Shown here: positions 38,001-51,845 of the stretch, piece after piece
Numbering within the stretch: position 1 is the first letter of the stretch
Layout of the letters: each line of letters begins with the position of its first letter
From: Marsupella aquatica
Lineage: Eukaryota; Plantae; Marchantiophyta
Reading direction: 5' to 3'
DNA: 64,000 nt
Assembly (NCBI GenBank): GCA_973895155.1
Contig: OZ316896.1
Coordinates: 5,818,166-5,882,165 of the forward strand
Notes under the pieces: generated by a model
The model's input: only the letters and a program-made list of their open reading frames with translations
Told to the model about the DNA's origin: nothing
The model's database searches: none
Translations under genes and position numbers: made by a program

Positions 38001-41000
38001 TTCTTATACTGTATGATATCCAATACTCATTCGATTAAGCTGAATGAGTCACTGATGAGATAGGATTGTACTGTACCTAAGATACTGGGACGGCCTTTCA
38101 TGAAACGCAGACCTGGTTGTAGGATCCCGAAGATTGAATAAGGAAAGCATAATTCCTACGCAGCTGAAGGAAATAGTAACTTAAGCCCGTCCCTTGCGGA
38201 GATTCATTAATAACATGAGAAGCTTTGCTTGTGATTACTGAACTTCTTACTAGATCATCAATCTCACACAGAATGACTGACACTTCCACAACCACTCATT
38301 GCTAATACCAGCGAGGGATTGAGTGATATGCAGGGAATGAACTGTTCGGACAGACTTTCATCGGATTATCCATATCTCCAAAAGTCTATGCAGACAATGT
38401 AAAGATACTTCGCACAATCGTGAATCGTGTTTATCAGAATGAGTCTACAAAGCCATTGGTTATTGCACCCGATTCGTTCTATCAAGTTGGCGATCCAGCG
38501 TATCAGACTTTCTTGGCAGATATCGGATCAAATGCGGTGGATGTTGTGACACGGCACATATACAATCTAGGCCCAGGTTTGAGAGATGTTCTCGATCTCA
38601 ATCCCAATCCCAAGCATAGCTAGTTTGACATAGGGGAATGTATTCAATGTTATACATTATCTGCTGCCACTCACAGGAATCAAGGAATCCTTCATAGGTT
38701 TTAACCTAGGAGCTCTATTGGATAGGATGAGGACCTATTATACTCGAGAAGATTCACAAGTTCCAAGCATTACTGACTGTTTCATATTTTGCAGGAAGCA
38801 CGGATACAGCTACGCTGGTGGAAGGTATCCTCAATCATCGTGCGAACGATGGTGAAGAGTATACGTATGCAGGTCTTCAAAACTTATTGGGACACTTTCC
38901 CTGGGCAAGTGCGTGGGTTGGAGAAGCTGGTGGTGCCTATAATAGTGGCCATGGAAATGTTACCGATGCCTTCATTTTCGCATTCTGGTCAGTGCCCACT
39001 TTCACATAAATGTGCACAGGCCAGACAAGAGTGTGTAGGCCATGGAATTGTTACACATGACCTCGTTGTCGTATTCTGGTCAGTGCCCACTTTCACATAA
39101 AAATGCATAGGCCAGAGTCATCGACTATTCAGAATGAAGGAAAACGGACATTTGTCTACATTGATCCGAGGATGGCCGAGTAACTTCTCTGCTTGGCAGG
39201 AATTGCTCCAGGATTTTGAATTGCTCTCTTCTATTAGAAAGGGAAAGATGAGACTGACTCTTACTTCTCCGACATATTGCCTTCCTACTCTGAGCGTTCG
39301 TTTTGAAACTTCGTCTTCATGCAGGTATTTGGATCAACTGGGTTTGGCTTCAAAACACAACACTCAAGCATTCTGCAGACAATCGCTGATAGGAGGTCAC
39401 TACGGCCTCATAGATGCGACCACCTTCATACCAAATCCAGATTTTTATGGGTGAGCTGACTAGACTATGCACTTTTTCAAGATCATATGGGGGTCCAAAT
39501 TAAAGCCAAAGTTAATCCTGGACCGGGGCTTCATTTTTCGAACTCACTTGATGGGGTGTTGAATCACTTTTAGTACTTGGGAACCCTTAGTAGTTGCTGT
39601 CATTAGCACCCAATCAAGTGAAATAGAAGTGCACAAATTAAATCAGAAGTAAGGCGTACCAAGTAACACTGATGGTCGGAAACTCGGAACCATAGACCAC
39701 AATGACTAGTCTTCTTTGGAAAGTATCTAAGCTGCTATCTTGGGTGGTAATCAACATAGGCATGCAACTTGTACAGTTTTGGTCATTTTGTTTCATCGAC
39801 ACAGGCTGTGCTTGACGACGGGAGTTACCAAATCCTATGTACTTTCAGCTAAACCGTTTCCAGTAAGGCTCTACAGGAAATTCTTCCCCTATACGGTGGT
39901 GCATGTCTTGGGAATGGCATGTAGTAGCTGGGGAATATCAACAAAATTCCTCGATACTTGCTGTCTATGCTACTACTGTCGTTCAAGCGTACATTTTGAG
40001 TTTTGAAGCGAATTTTTTTGGTCCTGTGAACGCAGGGCGCTTCTGTGGAAAACGTTGATGGGTAACGACGTTCTCTCGATCAACCTCAATTCCACAAACA
40101 TACGTGCATACGCCCATTGTCAAAAAACAAGCACGAAGGTACAGAGCTGTTTGCTTCCCTCAGCTCACGCTACTGGATGCTATCCAGACATCATACGTAA
40201 CTTGTTAATCGTTGCTATGTCTGGTGCAAAAGGAAAAACTAGAATTGAGTACCTTAAAATGCCGGCTCGGTCGTCCGTACTTACACGAGTCAGAATTGCA
40301 CGTCCAAATTTGATACCTATTCTTGCTTTGCGGGAGATGGGGCGGGCTCAGCACTATCACGGCAGCTAAGGCTCCTGCATTGCGTCAGTGTCATCGAAAG
40401 CTAGAGGATTGAAGAGCCATTGAGAGCGGTCGGTGAGCCTGGATGCCATAATCGTGGTAGAAAACCTGCAATGAGATCTGGATCAAATTGCATAATACGG
40501 TGTCGCAACAGGGGAGCTGGCCTAGGATTCAAAAATAGTACGGAGCATCTCAAGATTACAAAATACTCGCAGCATGGCACTTCTTGTGAATTTGCAACGG
40601 TAATTTGTGGTGCAGTGCACGAAAAAGAATAGGTAGACTGAATGGGTTGCTAAGATTTCAAATGAGGTGTCGAATTACTTACCATCTCGGTGTGGCTTAT
40701 TTCAGGGAGGTGTGACAGTACTGCTCCTGAACTACAGCAATGTGACAACTTACAGTGTCGACTTTTCAGTGATTGGTCAATCCGTCACTTCCGGGGCACC
40801 TCACGTGACGCAAAGACTCCGCGGAAAATCAAGGACGCCCTTGGAGTCACCGGATGCTCTCCCACATTTAGAATATCACATGTCCCCTGACGGAGGCAAC
40901 ATACACAGTCGTGTCGTGCGCCTCAACGGGAGTCCTCTAAGGACGACCGACTCGGGAGATCTGCCGGACATAGAGGGCCGGGCCGTGAATCCCTCGGCGC

Positions 41001-41074
41001 CTATAATTTTGGAGCCTCTTACGTACGCATTTGTGGTGCTCCAAAGTTGCTCAGCGGTTGCTTGCGTGAAGTAG
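35091..41074 (+). CDS. Glycoside hydrolase family 79 (heparanase-like beta-glucuronidase), secreted, 542 aa, 9 exons
   Basis: Exons (all GT-AG): 35091-35345, 35675-35711, 36943-37114, 37661-37791, 38334-38576, 38795-38987, 39325-39450, 40036-40138, 40706-41074 (1629 nt, in frame). Signal peptide plus FICATIDWWP, IRLGGSLQD, WELGNEL (acid/base), WVGEAGGAYNSG (nucleophile), FCRQSLIGG and PNPDFY. Confidence 0.93.
36058..36167. repeat. 56-bp tandem duplication in GH79 intron 2
   Basis: CTGCCCAGCTTTTCGTACATTTATTT...TATTAT.TAGAAGAGATTTCGCGC occurs twice. Confidence 0.85.
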
Positions 41075-42658
41075 TTGAGGCATGACAGGAATCCATGTCT
41101 AGCCTGGTCCCCATTCAAGAGTGAATACTCTCGAAATGCCAGCGAGGTCCTTCCTCAATTGGTTTGCCTGAGCACCTACCGTCTTGATCTTGCATATTCA
41201 TTCCACATGATTTGAAGCTCTAAGATTCCGCGGGTCCTTTCTCATTCGCTCCTATGCGTGTGCAATGGCAACATTTGGTAGCATTTAAATTTCAGGGCGG
41301 TTGGGGTCTCATTTCTGCCCAGGGAGGGCAAGGAGAGGCAGCACGTCATGAATTGTCTCCTGGGACTAGCACGAGAATAACCAACCTATAGCTACCTGTT
41401 TGTCTTTCTGCGACAGGAGCACATGCATCCCTAGCCGTTGTCATACCTGTATTCATCTGTCGGGCAGGCAGCGAGCGATTCGTTACAGGCTGCTGAAAGG
41501 TAGGCACCAATTTTACAGGTTTAGGGGAAGATTATTGTTGCTGGCACGCGCGGATGGTTACTCCATGGTCATTCTTAAGTGATGTCATCCTAGAGAAATT
41601 TCAGAGTTCTATTTCCTTGGTAGGCATCATGAAGTAATGACCACGGTCATACTCGATTGGTATAATGCTAGCAAGATTTCTAAGGCGACGTTACCACGGC
41701 CTTGAGGTGTAGACAAGCCGGACAGCTCCTATGCAATATTAATGTCCATCCCAATATTGACCGCTTTCATGTCTTTAATGCTACAATCATCCGTGACCTT
41801 TCCATCTCGAGATCCCTCATCATCAGTCTGCTGTTCATTCCAATTAGTTCTGTGATGATATCGGTCTCCTTATTTTCTATCATGATCCAGACTCAACCCC
41901 GACCGGTTGCATAATTTCACACCCATCTGGGTCCGCTTCTGTGAATCGATTCGGCTAACTCCATCAACGCATTGCGCTAGGATGCAGCGCCTCAACCAGT
42001 CTCGTTACCGGGGCGGTAAAGTGATCCGCACCCCTACAATCTACAGCTGAACAAATGCTTCTGTTCTGTTCTGTTCTCATCCGTTTCTACATATATATAT
42101 ATATAGGAAACATTTTCTTCGATCTGGAAAGTGGGTTCCGTACCGCAGTAGCAGTCTGTCGTTCGTTCCCTACGCTTTTTCAAACTGGACAGGAAAATGC
42201 CCCCCGTGACTCCTCCATAAATGCGGTTCCCGCTCGCTCCGTTTGTATTGACGCAAAGCCATGATGAGCAACTGGAGCAGTACTCCAGGAGGACCAGGAC
42301 TGTACAATGCGCGGCGGAGGGAGCGTTCGAGGACGAGGGAGGGGGAGGAGACACCGTAGAGCTATGACGCCGCGTGCAATGCTTTGCAGGCATGGTGGCA
42401 AATCCCTGTAAGCCCGCCATGACACGAGCTCGTAGCTCGTGAGCCTGCATCCCGAGTCTGAGCCACGTACAGACAGTGGTCCGGGACTTGTGTAACTGGT
42501 CTGCAGAGAACATGCGGCCTGATTGTGAGAGAGGAGTGGACGAGGAGGACGAGAAGGCTGTAATCTGTCGTGCAATGAAATTGCCATGGTCGGCCCCACT
42601 TCTCTGCGAGTTTCATTTTATCCTGAGGAGCCCAGCCTCTCGCAGAAGGGTATCAGTA

Positions 42659-43128
42659 GGGGGTCTCAAATAATAGGACGTCTCAATTCTCTCCCTTCTG
42701 ACTCGTTGAGGTCAAGTCAAATTCCTGGCAAAAATGGGGGGACATGAAAATGTGTCTGCACACTCCTGACCCGTGACCAAAACTAGTAGTGGGGACCAAA
42801 AAGTGGCAGACATGAAAATGCGTGGGCATACTCCTGACCTGTGACCAAAACTAGCAGTTTCCAACCTCATTTTTCAGTTAGTCTTGACCTGTGACCAAAA
42901 CTAGTAGTTTCCAACCTCGTTATTCAGTTTTGACATGCCCCCAAAAAAGTGTCAAGGCAACATTCCTGACCCATGACCAAAACTAGTAGTGCAAAAAAAA
43001 AGTGGCAGGCATAAAAAATGCGTGGGTCCCCACGCTCCTGGCCTGTGACCTAAACTAGTAGTTTCCAAACTCATTTTTCAGTTTCCAGATGCCCCCCAAA
43101 AAGTGTCTAAGGCAGGTTTAAGACTCCC
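42659..43128. mobile_element. GGGNGTCTCAA-family MITE, copy B, with an internal modular repeat array
   Basis: Left GGGGGTCTCAAA, right TTTAAGACTCCC; flanks CAGTA/TAGTA. A second left end, TAATA|GGACGTCTCAA, sits at 42676. Five internal copies of CCTGACCYRTGACCAAAACTAGYAGT. Confidence 0.65.
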
Positions 43129-44476
43129 TAGTACCAATTCAGCAAACTCCCCATGTGTGTCCCTACTCACAAGCTTAGTCTAAGTTTATGTTACCAGAGA
43201 AATTAGGGCCTATGCTTCACTATATGGAGTGTCATGAGCATTATCCTTGAATCAGAAATTAATAGTATATATGGATATGGACCAAAAACCTTTTGAAATG
43301 AAATTCAACTAAATAATGCAAATCCTTAGAATGCAGGAGCCAAAGTTTTGAAATGTTTGGACCACCTCTAGAGGTGATCTAATAGTCTAGACAAAATAAG
43401 CAGTCCACATTAGCAATTCTTGGGCCACAACTTGCCATGTGGGATCTGTAACACCATACCTGCATGGGCCCCTGAGTTCTTGTAAAGCCAACCTAGGAGT
43501 GGACACTCTATGCAGTTAGGGATGAACATGTTTAGGCTTAGGTGGGTGGTGTGGGGTTTAGAGTTTGTGGGCTGTCTTTGTCCTCCTCTATGGGTAGCTC
43601 AGGCTGAAGAGAGGAATTGGGCTGGTTGAATGGGATGGGTGGCCCCTCCGTTCCATGTGCCAGCAGCTCGAGACTAATGAATTGATTCTTTAGGCTGCTA
43701 AGAGTGGCCCATCGTTCTGGGCAGTAAGGTTACTTCTTCCATCATACCCCAGTAACTCAACTACGTTAACAATCACTAGTACACATGGGCTAATTGTCCC
43801 CACAACATGAATCATTGTGAAAGGTCTTTAAAACCAAAGAAGGCACAGTAGAAGAGATCTACCTGATCAGGGGTTATTAAATGTTTGAATTGAGCAGAAA
43901 GAATAACAGGTAACTCCAGCCTTCAGTTTGGCTAGTGCAAAGTAAGGCATGTAAAGTGAAACCTAGCATGAAAGCTGTGGTACCTACAGACCATACCCAT
44001 GGTTAAGGTGATTGCAATCTTGTGGTCCTTGGAAATTAAAAATTGACACAGCTTTCTGCTGCTGTCCATGTTGATGTAACCGCAGATGTTCCATCAAATG
44101 TATACTGTTGAGATGTCATATGGGGTATAGTGGACAATGCTTAATGCTTTTGCGCATGGTTGTCTATAGTCTCAACAACATATATATGAGACTGGATGGG
44201 ATTCTTTTGCAAGGCCAATTATAACTGCACCTGGCCATTGCCTTTTGCCCTCTCCCATGAGTGTGCATACAACATGTCATTCCATCCATGTTTGCACTTG
44301 TGTCTTTCACTGCCAGTTAAAGGGCAATTTCAAGTCACCCTAGTCTCAAATTAAACTTATTTAACCTAAATCATTGTCCAACCAAGCAGTTGTATCACAG
44401 AAGTAACTCATTTTTGGTCATTGCACAAAAATTGGAAAATGAATTATACCAAAATGAACTTCTTTTATTGGTGACA

Positions 44477-45530
44477 CTAGCTCAATACCCGTGCGTTGCA
44501 CAAAAGAAGTCGTGCCGGCCAAGATGTTGTTGAGAAAAAGAAACGTCGTGTCGGCCAAGAGGTCGTTGAGAGAAAAGATGTCTTGTCGGCCAAGAGGTCG
44601 TGGAGAGAAGAGATGCCGTGTCGGCCAAGAGGTCATTGAGAGAAAAGATGTCATGTCGGCAACGACATTGTTGAGGGAAAAGTCGTCGTCTCAGCCAAGA
44701 CATTGTTGAGGGAAAATACCTGTGTGTTACACAAAAGATGTCATTAAGAAAAAAGATGTTGTGTTACCCAAAATGTCATTAAAATAAATATGTTGTGGCC
44801 CAATATATCGTTAAAAAAACAGATATTGTGGCGCCCAAGATGTAGTGTCCCCCAAGATGTCGCTAAGAGAAAAGTGTTATGGAGCCCAAAATGTTGTTAA
44901 GAGAAAATATGTTGTGTTTCCCAAGAATGATATTCTTATGTGAAAGATGCCATGAAGTAAAACGATGTTGTTAAGAAAAAGAAGTCATTTTACCAAAGAT
45001 GGCATGTTGCCCAAAAGGTCATCAAGTAAAAAATCATCGTCAAGTAAATAGATGTCATGTCGCCAATGATGTCATTATGCCAAAGTTGTCGTTAAATATT
45101 AAGATGTTGTTAATTACAAAATGGTCAATAGATAAAGTATGTCATTAGTCAAAAATGTTGTGAAGTAAAAGATGTTGTTAAGTACATCTTGGGCCTGATA
45201 CCTGTGCATTGCACAAATGATGCATGTTGAGGTGAGAAAATATGTCAAGGTGAAAAAATATGTCGATGAGAGAAAAACATTTCAAGCTGCAAAAAATATG
45301 TCAAGGAGAGAAAAGATGGCAAGATGAAAAAAGATGTTGATTAGAGAAAAACATTCTAAGGTGAGAAAAATATATCAAGGAGAGAAAAGATGGCAAGATG
45401 AGAAAACATGTCAAGGAGAGAAAATATATATGTCGAGGTATAATTTTTTTCATTTAATCAATTTAAATATGACAGGTATGGGAAGGTGAAAGGGTAGCTT
45501 GGGCATTTTTAAAAGGGGTGTATGGATAGA
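44477..45530 (-). mobile_element. Non-autonomous Helitron
   Basis: Minus-strand 3' end GTGCAACGCACGGGTATTGAG-CTAG|T (hairpin plus CTAG); candidate 5' end A|TCTATCCATACA at 45530, consistent with insertion into AT. The interior is degenerate purine-rich short repeats. Confidence 0.75.
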
Positions 45531-47456
45531 TCTGACAATGTGAGAAAAATTATGTTTTGATAAACATTCAAGATTGATTCTAATTTTTTTTAGTTTGTAA
45601 ACGGACATGATCAGGATTATAGTGGTACATGGTAAAGGGAGGTCTCCTTGATACTCCTGCATTGCTAGAGACCCTCCCTATTTTCTTTGTACTATTAGAT
45701 TCATTTTTTGCTTGCAAAAATTGCTCTCCATTTTCATTCACAATATTGATTTTTTGGGTTTTATTCCTTCTGGTTGGTTAGATTCTTTCATGTTTTTCAT
45801 GTTTGTGATATTGCAAATTTGAATGACTACTTATTATGGCTTTTGACGTTCTCCCTATCATCTAACCTATTGTGTTTAATTAACCTATTTTAATTAAATT
45901 ACTACCATTATTATATTATGCAATATTATTATATTTGCAATAATATATAGTATCATATATATTATGTATTTTTGTATTTCTTGTCTATGAATCAGGAACC
46001 TTACTCATGCATGTGCATTGGCTCCATTGTTTTGTGTGTCCCATTGGCTCCCTCCTTTTGTGTGTCCCATTTGATTCCCCTACATTTCCTCCTTGAAATA
46101 TGCAATATGCTTGGGGGGGGGGGTGGGGGGGGGGGGGGTACATTAAACAGTGCTTTGTTGCATAACTGCCATGTTTATTCTAGGAAAAAACCTCTGGTAC
46201 TAATTTATAAGTGCAATTTATGAACCTAAATAGTTCTGGACAGTTTTCTTGCTCTTAGGTATCTGTTCTTAAGTGCAATTAGGAAAACACTTGTAAAAGG
46301 TCAAGAATATTGCAATTTTCCAAAGAAGGCGTAATGTTGCATTTGAGGCTCATAAGGGGCTACAAGCTTAGGTCCGCTTACATTGCATCAGTGACAAGGC
46401 GTAAGGTTTGGTTGTGAAGATCACTACATACCATAGGTATGCTAAACATAAACACCAAAATTGATAAAGGAGTGCCCCTTTTCACCTGGGTTTGCTGTAT
46501 TGTATTTGTCTCATGCATTTATACATGGTGCACTTAAATAGAGTCTACCTGTAGGAGCACGTAGTTGGGAGGGTCATGGTCAGTGTTTCTTTTAGTGTAT
46601 TTACATTGCAAATTCCATCCTCCATCCATCATCATCATTCACCATTTTCTGGGTCCCATTTGCCACTTTTCCGTGACACCTGCAAATGAGACCCAGAAAA
46701 AGTGGCAAATTAAAAAAATACTTCAAACAGTACCTGGTCATGGTCTTTTCTCGCGGCCCGGTAAACGGCGAAGACCCAGTTTGAAGTCGGCCACATTTGT
46801 TTTCATTTGGTTGCACTCCAACATGGAACCCGAAAAAGATTCACTGTCTAAAAACTCGAAAGAAGCTGCCGGCCTAACTACTAACCTACAGAAGGCAGAG
46901 AAAGAAAAAGAAAAGAAAGAAAGAAAGGGGAGGCAAAAATAATAATAGCGCAACGTCCAGACCCACTCTGACCGGTTTGCGCCTTCCGAAAACCGGAACC
47001 ACGGTTCGGAAACCCCACGCTCTTCGCCAACCGTACGGCCGACAATTCTACTGCGTCAGAAGTTCGTTGAGTTTTGATTACAGCCGTGAATTGGGAGATC
47101 TGACGGTCACTCGACACCCTGAGATAGAATATTCGATTTCGGGCCCCCCGGGAGTCTGTCCCGGTTCTGTTTTTTGAAAAATGCATCTTTGTCAGCGGAG
47201 GTAGATTATTTACTAGTTTATTATTCGATTCGAAAACCCTTCCACACCGGATGCCGGGCCTGCCCTGAAGAGAGAGGAGAGAGGAGTCCGTGAGCAGGCA
47301 GAGGGAGGGAGGGAGGGATCAGGTCACGAGCGGGCTTCTTCGTCTCGTCATTTTTCGCTTCAGTTGCGCACTGCGGACATCTTTCGCAGGAACGAGCAAG
47401 AACGCAGAGTGGTCTGTTGAGGCCGGCGGGGTCGACCGTGGCCGGTTAAGATCAAG

Positions 47457-47892
47457 GTATGGATTCTTCCGATTGTGTGTCGTTTGCTCGGAGGTCCTTT
47501 TTTTTTTCCCTGTGTGTGTGCTCGGTTTGCATTGCTACTGGTGATGTCTGCGCGAGGACGGGCTTTTCGCATCTCGGCCCTGCTTTTGTGTTTCCGTTCT
47601 GTTCTCTGTATCGTTTTCTCGAGCATTTCGGATAGCCGCCTCGCCTGGTGAAGGTGTCTGTTCGGAGCGCAGTCTGTAGCCCTTGGCGGGTTTCTTGATG
47701 TAAACTGAAGATAGTAGGAGAGGTTCGTTTTTCGAGTAGATTGTGTATTTAGTTAGCTTTCTAGTGCAGTGGTCTGTTGATCTCTGGCCGTGTGGGATGA
47801 TGTCGTCCGTCATTCGCCAGGTTTCTTTGTTGGTGGTGTGCCTATTTTCGATGTAGTTGCCACTTCTTAACCTACTTCTTTTTGTTTCTCAG
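47457..47892 (+). other. Actin 5'UTR (leader) intron
   Basis: Donor AAG|GTATGG at 47457; pyrimidine tract and TCTCAG acceptor 14 nt before the ATG. Leader introns are typical of plant actins. Confidence 0.7.
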
Positions 47893-47906
47893 AGAACTCA
47901 ATCACA

Positions 47907-49600
<1,694 letters not shown>

Positions 49601-50961
49601 GCGATCTACTTGCGGCGTTGTTACTTGACCCTGTATGGGTGTATTCACTGGTGGAGCTGGTGCTTCCAGTTTGAGGTTTTGAATTGTTCTGGCTGTGGCG
49701 GGATTTATCTCTGCGGTGGTTTAACCTGAGGTTTGTAAAATTAGCAGCAGACACTGAGGATGGCTAGGTACCCGAGACTTTAGGGTTCATGGTTCATATT
49801 ACCTCATTCTATGGGGCCTGGATGTCGTTCTAGGCTATGGCCTCGATTATCAATTTTCTCTGTAACTCCTTTTGTTGTAATGCGGCATTTGAGCCAGAGC
49901 TCAAATTTGCATTGTCATTCTTATGCCCTCAATATCTTAGGGTAGATGTAAGTTCCTGCTTTAGTACTTTGGAAGGTACTGTGGCCCACTTTGAATATGT
50001 TACAAGCTGCAAGCTTCCAGTGAACTAGCTGCTTGTAGTTCTGAAAACTGGAGCAGACGACTCATGGTAGACATGCCTCATTATGGCATAACAGATCTAA
50101 TCTATATACCCGATGTCACTCAGGCTTTGCCTTGTTTTGCATTAAAGCGCCTTCATGAGTTGAGATACAATCAGGCTCTCGGGCCATTTTCGGCTGGATT
50201 TCTCGATGTGTATTTGGAAATCTGATCGTCCTTGTAGTGGTATCGTGGGGCGTGTACATTTGATTGGATTTGATGTTGCGAACGTAACCGCTGGTTTGCT
50301 TTGCAGTAATATATCTGGTAATATATCTGGTATATATATTTCCATATTTAGGTCTCTTGCTGCAAATTCCTGTTGTACTTCTCGGGTTTTCTTGCATTCT
50401 CCAAATTGTCCTCAGATGAATTGTGAATCCTCCGCGAATGTCGTTCACCTGAACTCGTGTGTTATAGTTTCTGGATCCTAATAACTCGGAATGAACCTCA
50501 TACAGAGTGTCTAAGTCGATTGGCTGGGGGTCTTGCTCCATCTGATGTGTGTTAAAAGTGAAAACCTCGTAAATTTGGGGCATGTAGACTGACTGATTTT
50601 GGGCTTATCTCCAGCTCCTGTTGACAAGTCGACTTAGACATAGGGATGTAAGTATTTTTAGTCGAGACGCACAGAACCTTTTGTAATCTCCCGCGTACAG
50701 AGCAATGCGAATATGAAGCTTAAACTATGATTTCAACCGTCTCCATCATGATCAATTATCCGAGGTTCGGACGACACAATCATGCGACGAGGAAAGCAAT
50801 GGAGTGCCGGTGTACACTAAGTTTTCCGGACAACATGTTCCCTCGAATCAGGATTACGGTGCTAGACCAATTAGGGTGTGTACTGTGCACTGCCATAAGC
50901 ATGCACCCCCACCAATTAGGGCGTGTCAAGCATCTCCACTAATAAGAGAAGCACCGTCTAG

Positions 50962-51250
50962 GGCACCTTTATAGGCAACTCGGAAGGTTTTTGTATACCT
51001 TCATAGATAAAAATCATAGAACAATATTAATATTATGTCCTTGGTTGTATCTCGGTTATTGTTCATGAACATATTTATAGGTAACCTGTAAGGGTTTTGT
51101 CTTGGCCATAGAACAATGTTATGTCCTTGGTTGTAGCTCACTTATTGTCCATAGTTATTGTCCGTGCGCACCTTTAAAGGTAACCTATTAGGTTTTTGTC
51201 TTTACCATAGAATCATGTTGTGTCCTTGGTTGCAGCTCAGTTATTGTCCT
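50962..51250. repeat. ~95-105 bp tandem repeat, 3 units
   Basis: TTTATAGG.AAC...CATAGAACAAT.TT.TGTCCTTGGTTG.A.CTC..TTATTGT occurs three times. Confidence 0.8.
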
Positions 51251-51267
51251 GCTTTGACACTTTACTA

Positions 51268-51650
51268 CACTGTTCGTCGTAATTAGTGTGATTAACAATA
51301 ATTCGAGAGTGTCCATTTTCAGTGTCTACTCGTGAATTAGTGTTAGTCACACTAATTTTGTGCTAACACTATTTTCGCGCACATGAATTAGTGTTACTAT
51401 GATCTTAAAAGTGGTGAAATAGAGTAAAAAAAAACTATTTTGAAAAATCCATAACAATTAGTGTTACTTTGGACTAAAGATCAGCCATTTTTTACAAGCA
51501 ATTCATACTAAAGTGAACAAAATCTGTTTTGAAAACCAAGAAAAATTAATGTTACTTGGGCTCAAAATCATTTTTACTAAAATTAGTGTTAGTAATACTA
51601 ATTATGTACTAACACTAATTCTTGCATAACACTAATTACGGTGAACAATG
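51268..51650. mobile_element. TA-flanked MITE with CACTG-type TIRs and AATTAGTGTTA subrepeats
   Basis: TA|CACTGTTCGTCGTAATTAGTGT ... ACACTAATTACGGTGAACAATG|TA (22-bp inverted ends, 3 mismatches), with many internal AATTAGTGTTA/TAACACTAATT motifs. Confidence 0.75.
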
Positions 51651-51679
51651 TAACTTATTTAGACCAAGAATGTAGCTTA

Positions 51680-51845
51680 TTTAGACCAAGAATTCCTCCC
51701 ATATTTGGATATTGATATGCCCAGCTTTGACACTGACTTTGGACCAAAATTTCCTCCCATATTTGGATATATAGATGTCCTGCTTTGACATGGCCTAATG
51801 GCTGACATTGGACCAAAAATTCTCCCATACTTGGATATTCATATG
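51680..51845. repeat. ~60-70 bp tandem repeat, 3 units
   Basis: GACCAARAWTTCCTCCCATATTTGGATAT at ~51683, ~51742 and ~51811. Confidence 0.75.

Noticed and set aside
42765-43065. CRISPR-like repeat/spacer array
   Set aside because: Spacers are themselves repeated and variable in length, there are no cas genes, the context is eukaryotic, and the array lies within MITE termini.
46259-46270. U2 snRNA-like GTATCTGTTCTT
   Set aside because: A 12-nt match only; the flanks do not resemble U2.
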